From: Candidatus Iainarchaeum sp.
GTDB lineage: Archaea; Iainarchaeota; Iainarchaeia; Iainarchaeales; GCA-2688035
Length of the DNA stretch: 56,303 nucleotides
Assembly (NCBI GenBank): GCA_017610175.1
Contig: JAFCCO010000007.1
Location: 1 to 56,303, forward strand
Direction of reading: 5' to 3'
Position 1 is the stretch's first letter. Every line of letters begins with the position of its first letter. Both the position numbers and the translations under genes were made by a program. Under the pieces are notes generated by a model. It was not told the DNA's origin. It worked only from the letters and a program-made list of their open reading frames with translations, and did not search any database. Positions 27,949-36,518 of the stretch are shown here, piece after piece.

Positions 27949-29700
27949 CTAAAGCATTTTTTTAATCAATTCAACAACGCGGGCCGTCGCCTTTCCGTCC
28001 TGCCTAAAGGTTGCATCAAAGACAAACTTTGTCATTTTCTTCTCCAAAAGCCTTCTTTTGCCGCCATCCAAGGCGTCCGAAAGCAAGTTTTCAAGTTTTG
28101 TTGCGTCCCTTACCCTAAGCACAGGATCGGAATCGTAAATTGATTTAATTGGCAACCGCTTGCCGTAAACAACAACCGGCTTTCCAAGAATCATTGCCTC
28201 CAGTCCCACAGAGGAACGCTTCACAATTATCGCGTCAGAGGCATGCAGCAGGTCGGTTAGATTAATCTTTTTCCTAATCTCAACTTTGTCGCCAGCCCAA
28301 GTGAAGTTTGAAAGGTCCTCAAGCGGATGAGGTCTTAATATAAGCCTGTTTTCCGGCCTTGCAGTTACAGCCACTGCAATGTTCTCCAAATCCCGCTTGT
28401 TGAAGTCAAGCGAGCTTGCAAGAACAACAACCCTTTCCTTTGGCTTAATTCCAAGCTCGCGCCTTACTGCTGCCCTGTTGACCTTTTTTGTTATAAGCCT
28501 GTCAAATCTTGGCGCGCCTGTGACAATAACGTCCTTGCCGGGAACCCCGTGCTCTACAAGGTCCTTTTTGAAGCGATTTCCCCACACCGCAATCTTGTCT
28601 GCGGTAAGCGGACAAAAACCCCTAATCCAGTCGCTTCCCCCGACAATTGACTTAAATACCCCGTGCATTAACACAATGCTTTTTGTACCCGCCTGCTTTG
28701 CAAGCAGCGCGCAAATTCTTTCAAACGGAACAAAGTCCTCCCATAGAATGACAAGTGCTGGCTTTTGCGACTTGAAAACTTTGGCCAGTTCCGTGATTGA
28801 GAAAACAAACTCGGGCCAGTCGCGTTCCGCGCACTGGCTAAACTGTACCGCCATAAGGTTAGAAAAGTTTACCCCCTCAAAAACAAACCTTTTTCTAAAA
28901 GCCTGTGAGGACATTAACCTATTAAACTGTTTTTTGAATCTGGAGCGCATTGCTTTTCTTATGGAAATAAATTTAAGCAGCTTGAGCGGGTTAAGCAGCC
29001 TTGTTAAGAGGAATTCGTCCAGTGAAACAATGTTTAGGTTTGAGTCTTGCCCAAGAACCTGCTTGAGGTTTTCAAAATAGCCCCTGCTTCGGATAAAAAT
29101 TGTTTTCTTTCCCCTGCCCTTGAAACCGGAGGAGAGTTCGCTCCAAACAGCGGGAAGCTTTTTCTTTATCTCTGAAAGTTTTCTCGTTGAAATGTTTGGA
29201 TTCCTTGCATAGCTTTCAACAGGTGGCAAGTCAAACTGAAAAACGCGGTTGATCTTCTTTGCCTTGGACAGCGCGGCGATGTATTGGGTTGCTGAACCGT
29301 TTTTGTTTACCATAATCAGTTCAGGGTTGTATTTTTTGTAAGCATTAAGCACGGCCTTGATCATTATGAATATTTTTTTGAAGAACGCGTGAAACTCGGT
29401 TTCGTGAACCACTCCAAGGCTCAATCCACCGAAGGAAATGCTGTTTCCAAAGCTCTTGTCAAAGCCGTACCAGTGCCTTGCAAAAAAGTCAGCTCTGTCC
29501 TCAATCATGCGCAGTTCTGAATCAGGCACAAGGTCAAACGAGTTCACTGCGGTAATTCTTTTTGAGTCAAACTCAAAGTTTGGGGTGAAAAAATCGCACA
29601 AAACAATGAGTTCGCCTCCCCCTGTAAGCTTGTCTGTGTCCATTCTATTCAGGGCAAGCAATTCCCTTTCGCTTGAAACTACTGCAATTCGCTTTTTCAT
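27949..29700 (-). CDS. GT-B fold surface-carbohydrate protein, probable CMP-nonulosonate/glycerophosphotransferase-type transferase
   Basis: MHG, ADKIAVWG, VTGAPRFD, LRPHP.E, SSVGLEAMILGKPV, DG.AT.R. Confidence 0.7.
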   Translation of the reverse strand: MKKRIAVVSSERELLALNRMDTDKLTGGGELIVLCDFFTPNFEFDSKRITAVNSFDLVPDSELRMIEDRADFFARHWYGFDKSFGNSISFGGLSLGVVHETEFHAFFKKIFIMIKAVLNAYKKYNPELIMVNKNGSATQYIAALSKAKKINRVFQFDLPPVESYARNPNISTRKLSEIKKKLPAVWSELSSGFKGRGKKTIFIRSRGYFENLKQVLGQDSNLNIVSLDEFLLTRLLNPLKLLKFISIRKAMRSRFKKQFNRLMSSQAFRKRFVFEGVNFSNLMAVQFSQCAERDWPEFVFSITELAKVFKSQKPALVILWEDFVPFERICALLAKQAGTKSIVLMHGVFKSIVGGSDWIRGFCPLTADKIAVWGNRFKKDLVEHGVPGKDVIVTGAPRFDRLITKKVNRAAVRRELGIKPKERVVVLASSLDFNKRDLENIAVAVTARPENRLILRPHPLEDLSNFTWAGDKVEIRKKINLTDLLHASDAIIVKRSSVGLEAMILGKPVVVYGKRLPIKSIYDSDPVLRVRDATKLENLLSDALDGGKRRLLEKKMTKFVFDATFRQDGKATARVVELIKKML

Positions 29701-31254
29701 CTACAAAAACCTCTGAAGCATTTTGCTTAAAACCGGTTTCTTCAATCCAAACCTTGACTCCGCCAACCGCATCATTTCAACGTCCTCTTCCATTACTCCC
29801 TTCATCAAAACTAACAGTGTGAGGTAGACTGCCATAAACAGCCCTGATGCAACAAGCAACTGTAGGAATGAATTAAAGTAAACCAGACCCATAAGGTAAA
29901 CTGTTACCGCTGCTGTTGCAAAAGAGGCGATTATTGGCTTGAAAAAGCTTGAATTGTAGGGGTGTATCTTAACAAGCACCAGCACCTCAACCAGGGTTAA
30001 GATGTTCCACACTGCAAGGGAGATTGCTGTCGCAATTGCAGCGCCCACAATTCCCTGCCCTGCCCCTATTGATTCAAACAGGGGAATCAGAAACCAGTTA
30101 AGACCTATGTTTACTATTGCGGCCACAACTGTATTAATCAGGTCGTATTTTGTTTTTCCAACCGCCCTAAGCATGCTTTGTGTTGGCCCAACCGCAACAA
30201 CCAGGAAGAAACCGATTGAAAGAATTGCAAGTGACATAAACCCACTTACATACTCTGCACCGTATAAAACTGAGAGCATTTGCTGTGAGAAAAGAATCAG
30301 AAAAAGAAGCATTGGAAGTGAAACAACAAAGATCCATCGTGTAATTGCCTTGAAGAAGAATGACATTTCCCCCATTTTGTTTGCCACAAAGTACCCGGTT
30401 ACAATTGGAACGAAGAGGATTGAAATGCTGTTGTATGCAATTAATTGCAACCTTGCAAGTGTTTCCGCAACGCTGTAAATTCCAACTGCCGCTGAATTAA
30501 CAAAGTATCCGAGCATAAAGGAGTCCAGTGTTGTAAGCAGAAGGGAGAAAAATGTTGCAGCAAGCAATGGAATTGAAAATTTGAATAGCTCTTCGAGCTC
30601 AAACTTTGGCTTAATCTTTGTTTTAACAAAGGGGTAAACCTTTTTCTCCAACAGGTAAAATGCAACAAGCAGTGCAAGCGAATAGCTTAGCAGGAATGCA
30701 AAAACAACCCCGAACAACCTGAACCCGAGTGCGAACAGAATTAACACAAAGAAGAGTTTTGAAGCGGTTTCAAGAATGTTTCTGACGAAAACAAAGTGCT
30801 TCACCTGCTTGAAGCCGAGAATTGCAAGCATTATTGTGCTAAGAAGGGTTCCAATCGGCACTGCGGCGGCGTAATACTTTATCACAAGACTTATTTTTGG
30901 CTCGTTGTAGATTCCAATCCCAATAAAGTCGGAGAGAAGGAACATAATTACCGCAAACACTGTTGCGGAAGCAAGGGTTATTGCAATTGAACCAATCAGC
31001 ACCCCCTTTACACGGGGTTCGTCCCCCTTTTCCCTGTAGAATGGAATAAATCTTGTTACCCCAGATGGCAAGCCAAGGTTTGCAAACATCATTATAAACC
31101 CCAGAATGTTTGCAGCAATAACAAGAATTCCGAGGTTTTCAGGGCCAAGTGTTCTTGCGGTAATAATGCTGTAAAAGTATGCAAAAAACTTGCTTGCAAC
31201 AAACCCAAACAGCGAAATGCCCGCTCCCTTCAACGCAAGAGATAAGTCCTTCAC
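29701..31254 (-). CDS. Wzx/MOP-family oligosaccharide flippase
   Basis: ARTLGPE..G, D..MLG......VGIYS.A, LIP..G..GAA.AT; about 14 TM segments. Confidence 0.9.
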   Translation of the reverse strand: MKDLSLALKGAGISLFGFVASKFFAYFYSIITARTLGPENLGILVIAANILGFIMMFANLGLPSGVTRFIPFYREKGDEPRVKGVLIGSIAITLASATVFAVIMFLLSDFIGIGIYNEPKISLVIKYYAAAVPIGTLLSTIMLAILGFKQVKHFVFVRNILETASKLFFVLILFALGFRLFGVVFAFLLSYSLALLVAFYLLEKKVYPFVKTKIKPKFELEELFKFSIPLLAATFFSLLLTTLDSFMLGYFVNSAAVGIYSVAETLARLQLIAYNSISILFVPIVTGYFVANKMGEMSFFFKAITRWIFVVSLPMLLFLILFSQQMLSVLYGAEYVSGFMSLAILSIGFFLVVAVGPTQSMLRAVGKTKYDLINTVVAAIVNIGLNWFLIPLFESIGAGQGIVGAAIATAISLAVWNILTLVEVLVLVKIHPYNSSFFKPIIASFATAAVTVYLMGLVYFNSFLQLLVASGLFMAVYLTLLVLMKGVMEEDVEMMRLAESRFGLKKPVLSKMLQRFL

Positions 31255-31262
31255 AACAACAC

Positions 31263-32822
31263 CTAATTCACAGTATACAAAACAGCGCAGTCCTGAATAA
31301 AAACCTGTTCAAGCAAGCCCTGCTGTTCCATCTCCCCAATTACTGCCCGATCCCACGGGTCATCCACACAGGTGAGCGCAAGGTGGCTTACCTTGCTTTG
31401 GGTAATTCCCAAATAAATTTCCTGCGCAGAAAGCCCCCTTACAAACGGGCCGGGTTCCTCCCCCTTTGGAATTCTGAAAATTTCTTCCGGGCCTATTGAT
31501 TCGCGCTTTGCAATCCAGCGCACAGCCCTGAAATGGTTTCCTGAAAGCACTATCTTGCTGCCCTCCGGAAGTGATGAGATTGAATCGTAAAGCCCAGCAC
31601 TCTTCTGGAAACTCAGCTGGTAATAGCCTGCAAAGAAAACCATGTTGAGGAAAGAGTATGCCGCAACAACAACGACTAAAGCAAGAACTGCCTTGCGCCA
31701 GTTTGCGGAAATTGTTTTGATCCCCTGAACAAAGCTTATTGAAAGCAATGGCATTACGGGAAGAATCATCCGTGCAGAAACATACTGCTTGCTTCGTGCG
31801 ATAACAATTATGAAAGCAAAAGCATAAAGCAGGAGAAGCATTAGCGAGTACGGCTCTTTGTTCTTTGCGGAGCGAAGAATTGCAAATGCAAGAAAGAAAG
31901 TTAAGGGGATTGTGATTAGCGAAAGCAAAGCCGCAAGCCCCGCTGGACCAATTGCTTCAATCAACGGCAGCATTTGCTTAACCTGTGCATTCGAGAACAC
32001 ATTGTCAGGCGGAAAAGCCCAAAAGCCTTTGTTAAACTCATACACAAACCCAACAGCCCCAAAAACCGGATTTGAACCTGCAACCCACTGGGGGTAATCA
32101 ACAAGCTGCTGCACGTCCCCCGCATTTGAGGAAAACAATTCACCTGTTCTGAAGAACTCAAAGACAAACCACGACCCCGAAAATAAAAGGGTTACAACTA
32201 TAAAGAGTGGAATCCAAGAGCGGAGTTTTTTCTCCCTTGCGCCAAGCGCAAAAAACAGGATAAATACGGGAAGCAGAATTGTTGCATTTAGTTTTGAGAT
32301 TGCCATTGCAGAAAGGGGAAGTGCGCTGAAAAGCAGGAATTTCTTTTGCTTTGTTTTATGGAATGAAACAAAAAAGTAAACCGACGCAACCACAAGAATG
32401 CTTGAAAATGTTTCAACATAACTTACCCCCGCATACTTTGTCAGCAAAGGCATTACAGTAAAGAATACGCCGCCGTAAACCCAGTTTTTTGGGAAAAGTT
32501 TTTTGAGAAGAATTAGTATTGCGGCAAGCTGGATTGCAGAAACAAGAAGGGTTAAAGGAAGTGCAATCTGGCTAACAGCAAGGCCTGAAATGATTGCAAC
32601 CGATGCCACAAAAATGTGAAACATTGGAGGGGGGACTGTGCTAACACGCAAAAGTTCAATGCCTTCAAACGGCAAAAAACCAGTCTCAGCAATGTGTTCC
32701 GCTATTGCAAGGTGGTACAAGCTGTCGCTTAAAACCGAGTCAGGCAGCGTTATAGCTACGAAAAGCCGGACTAAGACCCCAATAATAAAAAGTGCTAGAA
32801 ACAGTTTTTTATAACTTAACAT
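31263..32822 (-). CDS. Multi-TM GT-C fold glycosyltransferase (ArnT/PMT-like)
   Basis: DSLYH after the first TM, PP.FH, YVE, SK, R..LP, C-terminal extracellular domain. Confidence 0.65.
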   Translation of the reverse strand: MLSYKKLFLALFIIGVLVRLFVAITLPDSVLSDSLYHLAIAEHIAETGFLPFEGIELLRVSTVPPPMFHIFVASVAIISGLAVSQIALPLTLLVSAIQLAAILILLKKLFPKNWVYGGVFFTVMPLLTKYAGVSYVETFSSILVVASVYFFVSFHKTKQKKFLLFSALPLSAMAISKLNATILLPVFILFFALGAREKKLRSWIPLFIVVTLLFSGSWFVFEFFRTGELFSSNAGDVQQLVDYPQWVAGSNPVFGAVGFVYEFNKGFWAFPPDNVFSNAQVKQMLPLIEAIGPAGLAALLSLITIPLTFFLAFAILRSAKNKEPYSLMLLLLYAFAFIIVIARSKQYVSARMILPVMPLLSISFVQGIKTISANWRKAVLALVVVVAAYSFLNMVFFAGYYQLSFQKSAGLYDSISSLPEGSKIVLSGNHFRAVRWIAKRESIGPEEIFRIPKGEEPGPFVRGLSAQEIYLGITQSKVSHLALTCVDDPWDRAVIGEMEQQGLLEQVFIQDCAVLYTVN

Positions 32823-32847
32823 CTAAGGAATTTTTTGGCTAACAAAG

Positions 32848-32913
32848 TATATAAACCAAGTCAGGATTTTGCTAGTACAATGGTCGAATCCCGCGCTTGA
32901 GAAGCTATTTATT
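32848..32913. promoter_or_regulatory. Divergent promoter pair with a central TAGTACAAT box
   Basis: Box 32873-32881; - strand TTTATATA 32855-32848; + strand GAGAAGC-TATTTATT 32899-32913. Confidence 0.6.
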
Positions 32914-32938
32914 GTTTTCGCAATCTATTTGGTTCAGC

Positions 32939-33901
32939 ATGATTGTAAAGAAACTTGTTGTACTAATTCCCGCACTCAACGAGGAAAGGAAAATCGGCGC
33001 CGTTATTAAATCGGTCCCAAGAAAAATTCGGAGGGTAAAGAAAGTCGAAGTGCTTGTTCTGGATGACGGAAGCACGGATGAGACCGTGCAAAAATCAATC
33101 AAGGCAGGAGCAGACAAAATAGTTTCACACACAAAAAACGAGGGGCTTGGAATTGCATTTAGAGACGGAGTATGGGCTGCACTGAAAATGAACGCAGACC
33201 TTATTGTGAACATTGATGCGGACGGCCAGTTCAACCCAAACGACATTTCAAAAATTATTGAGCCAATTTTAAGAGGACGGGCTGACGTTACAACCTGCAC
33301 CCGCTTTAAGGTAAAATCACTTGAACCAAAAATGCCTGCGATTAAAAAATTTGGAAACAAGCTGTTTACAAAAATGATTAACATCCTAACCAACAGCAAC
33401 TTTACCGATACGCAATGCGGGTTCAGGGCATACACAAAAGAAGCCGCATTGAGAATGAACCTGTTTGGAAAGTTTACCTACACCCAGGAAGCGCTGATGG
33501 ATTTTGTAAACAAGGGAATGGTGGTTGAAGAGGTTCCGTGCAAGGTTGCAGGGGAGCGCGAGGGAAAAAGCCGCATTGTAAAGCACTGGTACAGCTACGG
33601 GCTGAAGGCACTTTTGATTATTATTAGAAGCATCCGCGACTACAAGCCGCTTAGGTTTTTTGGTGGATTAGGACTTTTGTTTGCAGGCGTTGGAATAACT
33701 TATGGGCTGCTTCAGTGGGCAATTTCGCTAACTCCCGGAGTTGACATTCCGCTTTGGAGAATTATTCTGGCATTCCTGCTTATTTTGGTCGGTGCCCTGA
33801 TGATGGTGCTTGCCCTTCTCGCAGACATGCTTGACCGGCAGAGAAAGATCCAGGAAGAGATTCTGTACAAAGTCAAGAAGCAGGAACTTGAACGCAGGTA
33901 A
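32939..33901 (+). CDS. Glycosyltransferase family 2 (DPM1-like) with two C-terminal TM helices
   Basis: IPALNEE, DDGSTD, N.GLG.AF..G, IDADGQF, DTQCGFRAY; ATG 32939. Confidence 0.9.
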   Translation: MIVKKLVVLIPALNEERKIGAVIKSVPRKIRRVKKVEVLVLDDGSTDETVQKSIKAGADKIVSHTKNEGLGIAFRDGVWAALKMNADLIVNIDADGQFNPNDISKIIEPILRGRADVTTCTRFKVKSLEPKMPAIKKFGNKLFTKMINILTNSNFTDTQCGFRAYTKEAALRMNLFGKFTYTQEALMDFVNKGMVVEEVPCKVAGEREGKSRIVKHWYSYGLKALLIIIRSIRDYKPLRFFGGLGLLFAGVGITYGLLQWAISLTPGVDIPLWRIILAFLLILVGALMMVLALLADMLDRQRKIQEEILYKVKKQELERR

Positions 33902-34228
33902 CTATTTCCTGAAAATCTTGGAGAAGTAGTTCAGCCCGGTCAAAAGAAGCTTTGGTTCTTGATTAGCCTCTTAATTGCATAGCCCGGTCTGAAATAAATT
34001 TCCCTGTAGACCTTTTTATACATCTTTTCAACAAGTTCGCTGTCAAGTTTTCCCTACTCCTAATATGCCTTGCCCCGAGGCATCCATTCCCGCGGTCTCA
34101 TCAATTAGAACACACCTAATTCCTTTTCCCCTCAGGGCGGCGTTAATGTAAGCTATTCCAAGAGGCGGCGAAGGGTGTGCAACGTAAACCCCGAATGCTG
34201 AGTTGACAAGAGTTATTGAGTGATTCAT
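33902..34228 (-). pseudogene. Decayed cobalamin-binding radical SAM gene (large internal deletion, stops, frameshift)
   Basis: N-terminal PPLGIAYINAALR.KG....ID joined to C-terminal KMYKKVYREIYFRPGYAIKRLI, similar to paralog tails; core with CxxxCxxC missing. Confidence 0.75.
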
Positions 34229-34301
34229 TAAAGATAATGAAATGGAACATGTTTTTTAATGCAATTTGCACATATATTCTTTGCAAAAATGGGGAATTAT
34301 T

Positions 34302-34838
34302 GTGAAAGCAAAGGGGGGAACAGTCTGGTTTTCGGGCCTGCACTGCGCAGGAAAAACAACTATATCCAACAAGCTTGTGAAGAGGCTTCGGGAGAATGGA
34401 GTGCAGGTTGTAGTGCTTGAGGGGGATATTGTGCGAAAGGCAATTTCATCAGATTTGGATTACACAATAGAGGACCGGAACAAGCACATCAAGAGGGTTG
34501 CCGACATTTGCGAACTAATTTCAAAGAATGGTGTGCTAAACATTGCATGCGTCGCATCGCCCTCAAAAGAAATCGGGGAATACGCAAGGAAAAATATTCC
34601 CGAATTTATTGAGGTTTTTGTCGACTGCCCGCTGGAAGTTTGTGAAAAAAGGGGCGTTAAGGGGCACTACAAAAAAGCAAGGGCCGGGGTGGATGGCTTT
34701 GACAAATTCCTCGGAATAAGCATACCGTATGAAATTCCTAAAAACCCGGATCTTGTTCTCAAAACAAACAATGAAAGCGAGGAAAAGTCCGTTGAAAGGC
34801 TGTTTAGCAAACTCGTTGAAGAGAAATGGCTTTGCTGA
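34302..34838 (+). CDS. cysC: Adenylyl-sulfate (APS) kinase
   Basis: VWFSGL..AGKTT, LEGDIVR, DR..HIKRVA, EVFVDCPLEVCE.R..KG.YKKARAG, GI..PYE.P..PD. Confidence 0.85.
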   Translation: MKAKGGTVWFSGLHCAGKTTISNKLVKRLRENGVQVVVLEGDIVRKAISSDLDYTIEDRNKHIKRVADICELISKNGVLNIACVASPSKEIGEYARKNIPEFIEVFVDCPLEVCEKRGVKGHYKKARAGVDGFDKFLGISIPYEIPKNPDLVLKTNNESEEKSVERLFSKLVEEKWLC

Positions 34839-34859
34839 CTGAAATCCGGATTTTCTAGC

Positions 34860-34883
34860 ATTGTACCAATTTGCTTAATAAAA
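34860..34883 (+). promoter_or_regulatory. Promoter: ATTGTACCA box plus TTAATAAA
   Basis: Box 34860-34868; AT-rich TATA-like element 34875-34883. Confidence 0.55.
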
Positions 34884-34937
34884 GAAACGCATTTCAAATA
34901 CTTACACAGAAATGAAACGATTTTTGGTGAATTGCAG

Positions 34938-36356
34938 ATGAATATTGCCTTTTTGAATCCTCCCTTCAGGGGAACTTACAACCGGGAAGTAAGATTTCAG
35001 GCAGTGTCGCCCCAAAAAGCACTGCACCCCCCAATAATGCTTGGCTATGCAACGGCAGTCTGCAGGGATGCGGGTCACAGGGTTGACTTGATTGATTCCC
35101 CCGCGCTCGAAATAGGCGCAGAGGAAACAATGGCAAGGATTGTGAAATTCAAGCCAAAGTATGTTGTAATGCTTACTTCAACGGCATCGGTTATAAGTGA
35201 CGGAAAACTTGCAAAGGAGATTGCAAAGAAGACAGGCGCAAAGACAATCGCCGTCGGAAACCATGCCACAGCCGTTCCGGACGACACTTTGGAGAAGGGC
35301 TTTGACTTCATTGCAAGAGGGGAATATGACTTAACAATCAACAAGATGGCGAATGCAAAAAATGCTGAAAAGGTTGAGGGAATTTCATTCAAAAAAGGCA
35401 AGAAGTTTATACATAATACACATCCGCCACTCATAAAAAACCTCGACGATTTGCCATTCCCTGCAATTGAATTTTTACCTAACGACCAGTACTACTCTGC
35501 ACTTTACAAAAACCCGTTCACTTTTGTGTTGGCGGGAAGAGGCTGCCCACACCAATGCATTTACTGCGCAGGCCCGCAGCTTATGTCCGGCAGAGGTTAC
35601 AGGTTCAGGAGCCCGGAAAACATTGTGAAAGAGCTTAAGCATCTTAAGGAAAAATACGAATTCAAAAGCGTGCTATTCAACGACGATACAATGAACGTTA
35701 ACAAAAAGCACATTCTTGAACTCTGCGACTTAATGGTTAAGGAAAAGGTAAACCTGCCTTGGGCAGCTTACAGCCGTGTTGACTCTGTTGACGAGGAAAT
35801 TGCAAGAGCAATGAAAAGGGCAGGATGTTTCCTTGTGAAGATTGGATACGAGTCGGGCTGTGACGAATTACTCAAGTCAATGAAGAAAGGAGCTAGGGCA
35901 ACAACCGCACAAGCAAGGAAAGCAACCAAGTTCTTCAATGACGCGGAAATCCAGATTCACGGAACCTTTGTGTTCGGAATGCCTGGGGAAACAGTTGAAA
36001 CAATCAAAAAAACAATTAACTTTGCAAAAGAACTTGACCTTGACTTTGTCCAGTTCAGCATTGCACAGCCATATCCTGGCACGGAATTTTACAATTACTT
36101 GAAAAGCAAGGGCTACATGCACTTTGAAAACTGGGAAGACTACCTTGATGACTGCGGCTGCATAAAACCAATCTTCGAATACCCCAATCTCAGCATGGAT
36201 GAGATGAAGCACTGGATTAGACAGGCTTACAAGGAATACTACCTAAGGCCACACTATGTCCTCAAGGCAATAAAGCAGCGCCTCACAAACTGGAACCTTC
36301 TCAAGACAAGCCTGAGAAGCGGTTGGAGCCTGCTGCAGTACATAAAAGAAGATTAA
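34938..36356 (+). CDS. Cobalamin-binding radical SAM protein
   Basis: FLNPP...PP..L.Y, GRGCPHQCIYC, NDDT, GYESG, PYPGT, YYLRP.Y. Confidence 0.88.
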   Translation: MNIAFLNPPFRGTYNREVRFQAVSPQKALHPPIMLGYATAVCRDAGHRVDLIDSPALEIGAEETMARIVKFKPKYVVMLTSTASVISDGKLAKEIAKKTGAKTIAVGNHATAVPDDTLEKGFDFIARGEYDLTINKMANAKNAEKVEGISFKKGKKFIHNTHPPLIKNLDDLPFPAIEFLPNDQYYSALYKNPFTFVLAGRGCPHQCIYCAGPQLMSGRGYRFRSPENIVKELKHLKEKYEFKSVLFNDDTMNVNKKHILELCDLMVKEKVNLPWAAYSRVDSVDEEIARAMKRAGCFLVKIGYESGCDELLKSMKKGARATTAQARKATKFFNDAEIQIHGTFVFGMPGETVETIKKTINFAKELDLDFVQFSIAQPYPGTEFYNYLKSKGYMHFENWEDYLDDCGCIKPIFEYPNLSMDEMKHWIRQAYKEYYLRPHYVLKAIKQRLTNWNLLKTSLRSGWSLLQYIKED

Positions 36357-36365
36357 GGTGATTAA

Positions 36366-36518
36366 AGGATTAAACAGTTGGTTCACGGCATAACTGGTGG
36401 CCGGAAATATCGAAACGGCAAAATTGAAGATTTTGCATCAAATTATTCAGGTAAACAAATACTTGAGCGTGGTTTAGAAATTAAAAATAAATTCGAAGGC
36501 AAGAGTGTTAAAATATGA
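36366..36518 (+). pseudogene. Remnant 5' copy of the methyltransferase at 38181
   Basis: Reads (AGG)IKQLVHGITGGRKYRNGKIEDFAS...ILE.G; 39 of 44 nt identical to 38217-38260; AGG where ATG is expected after GGTGA. Confidence 0.75.
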
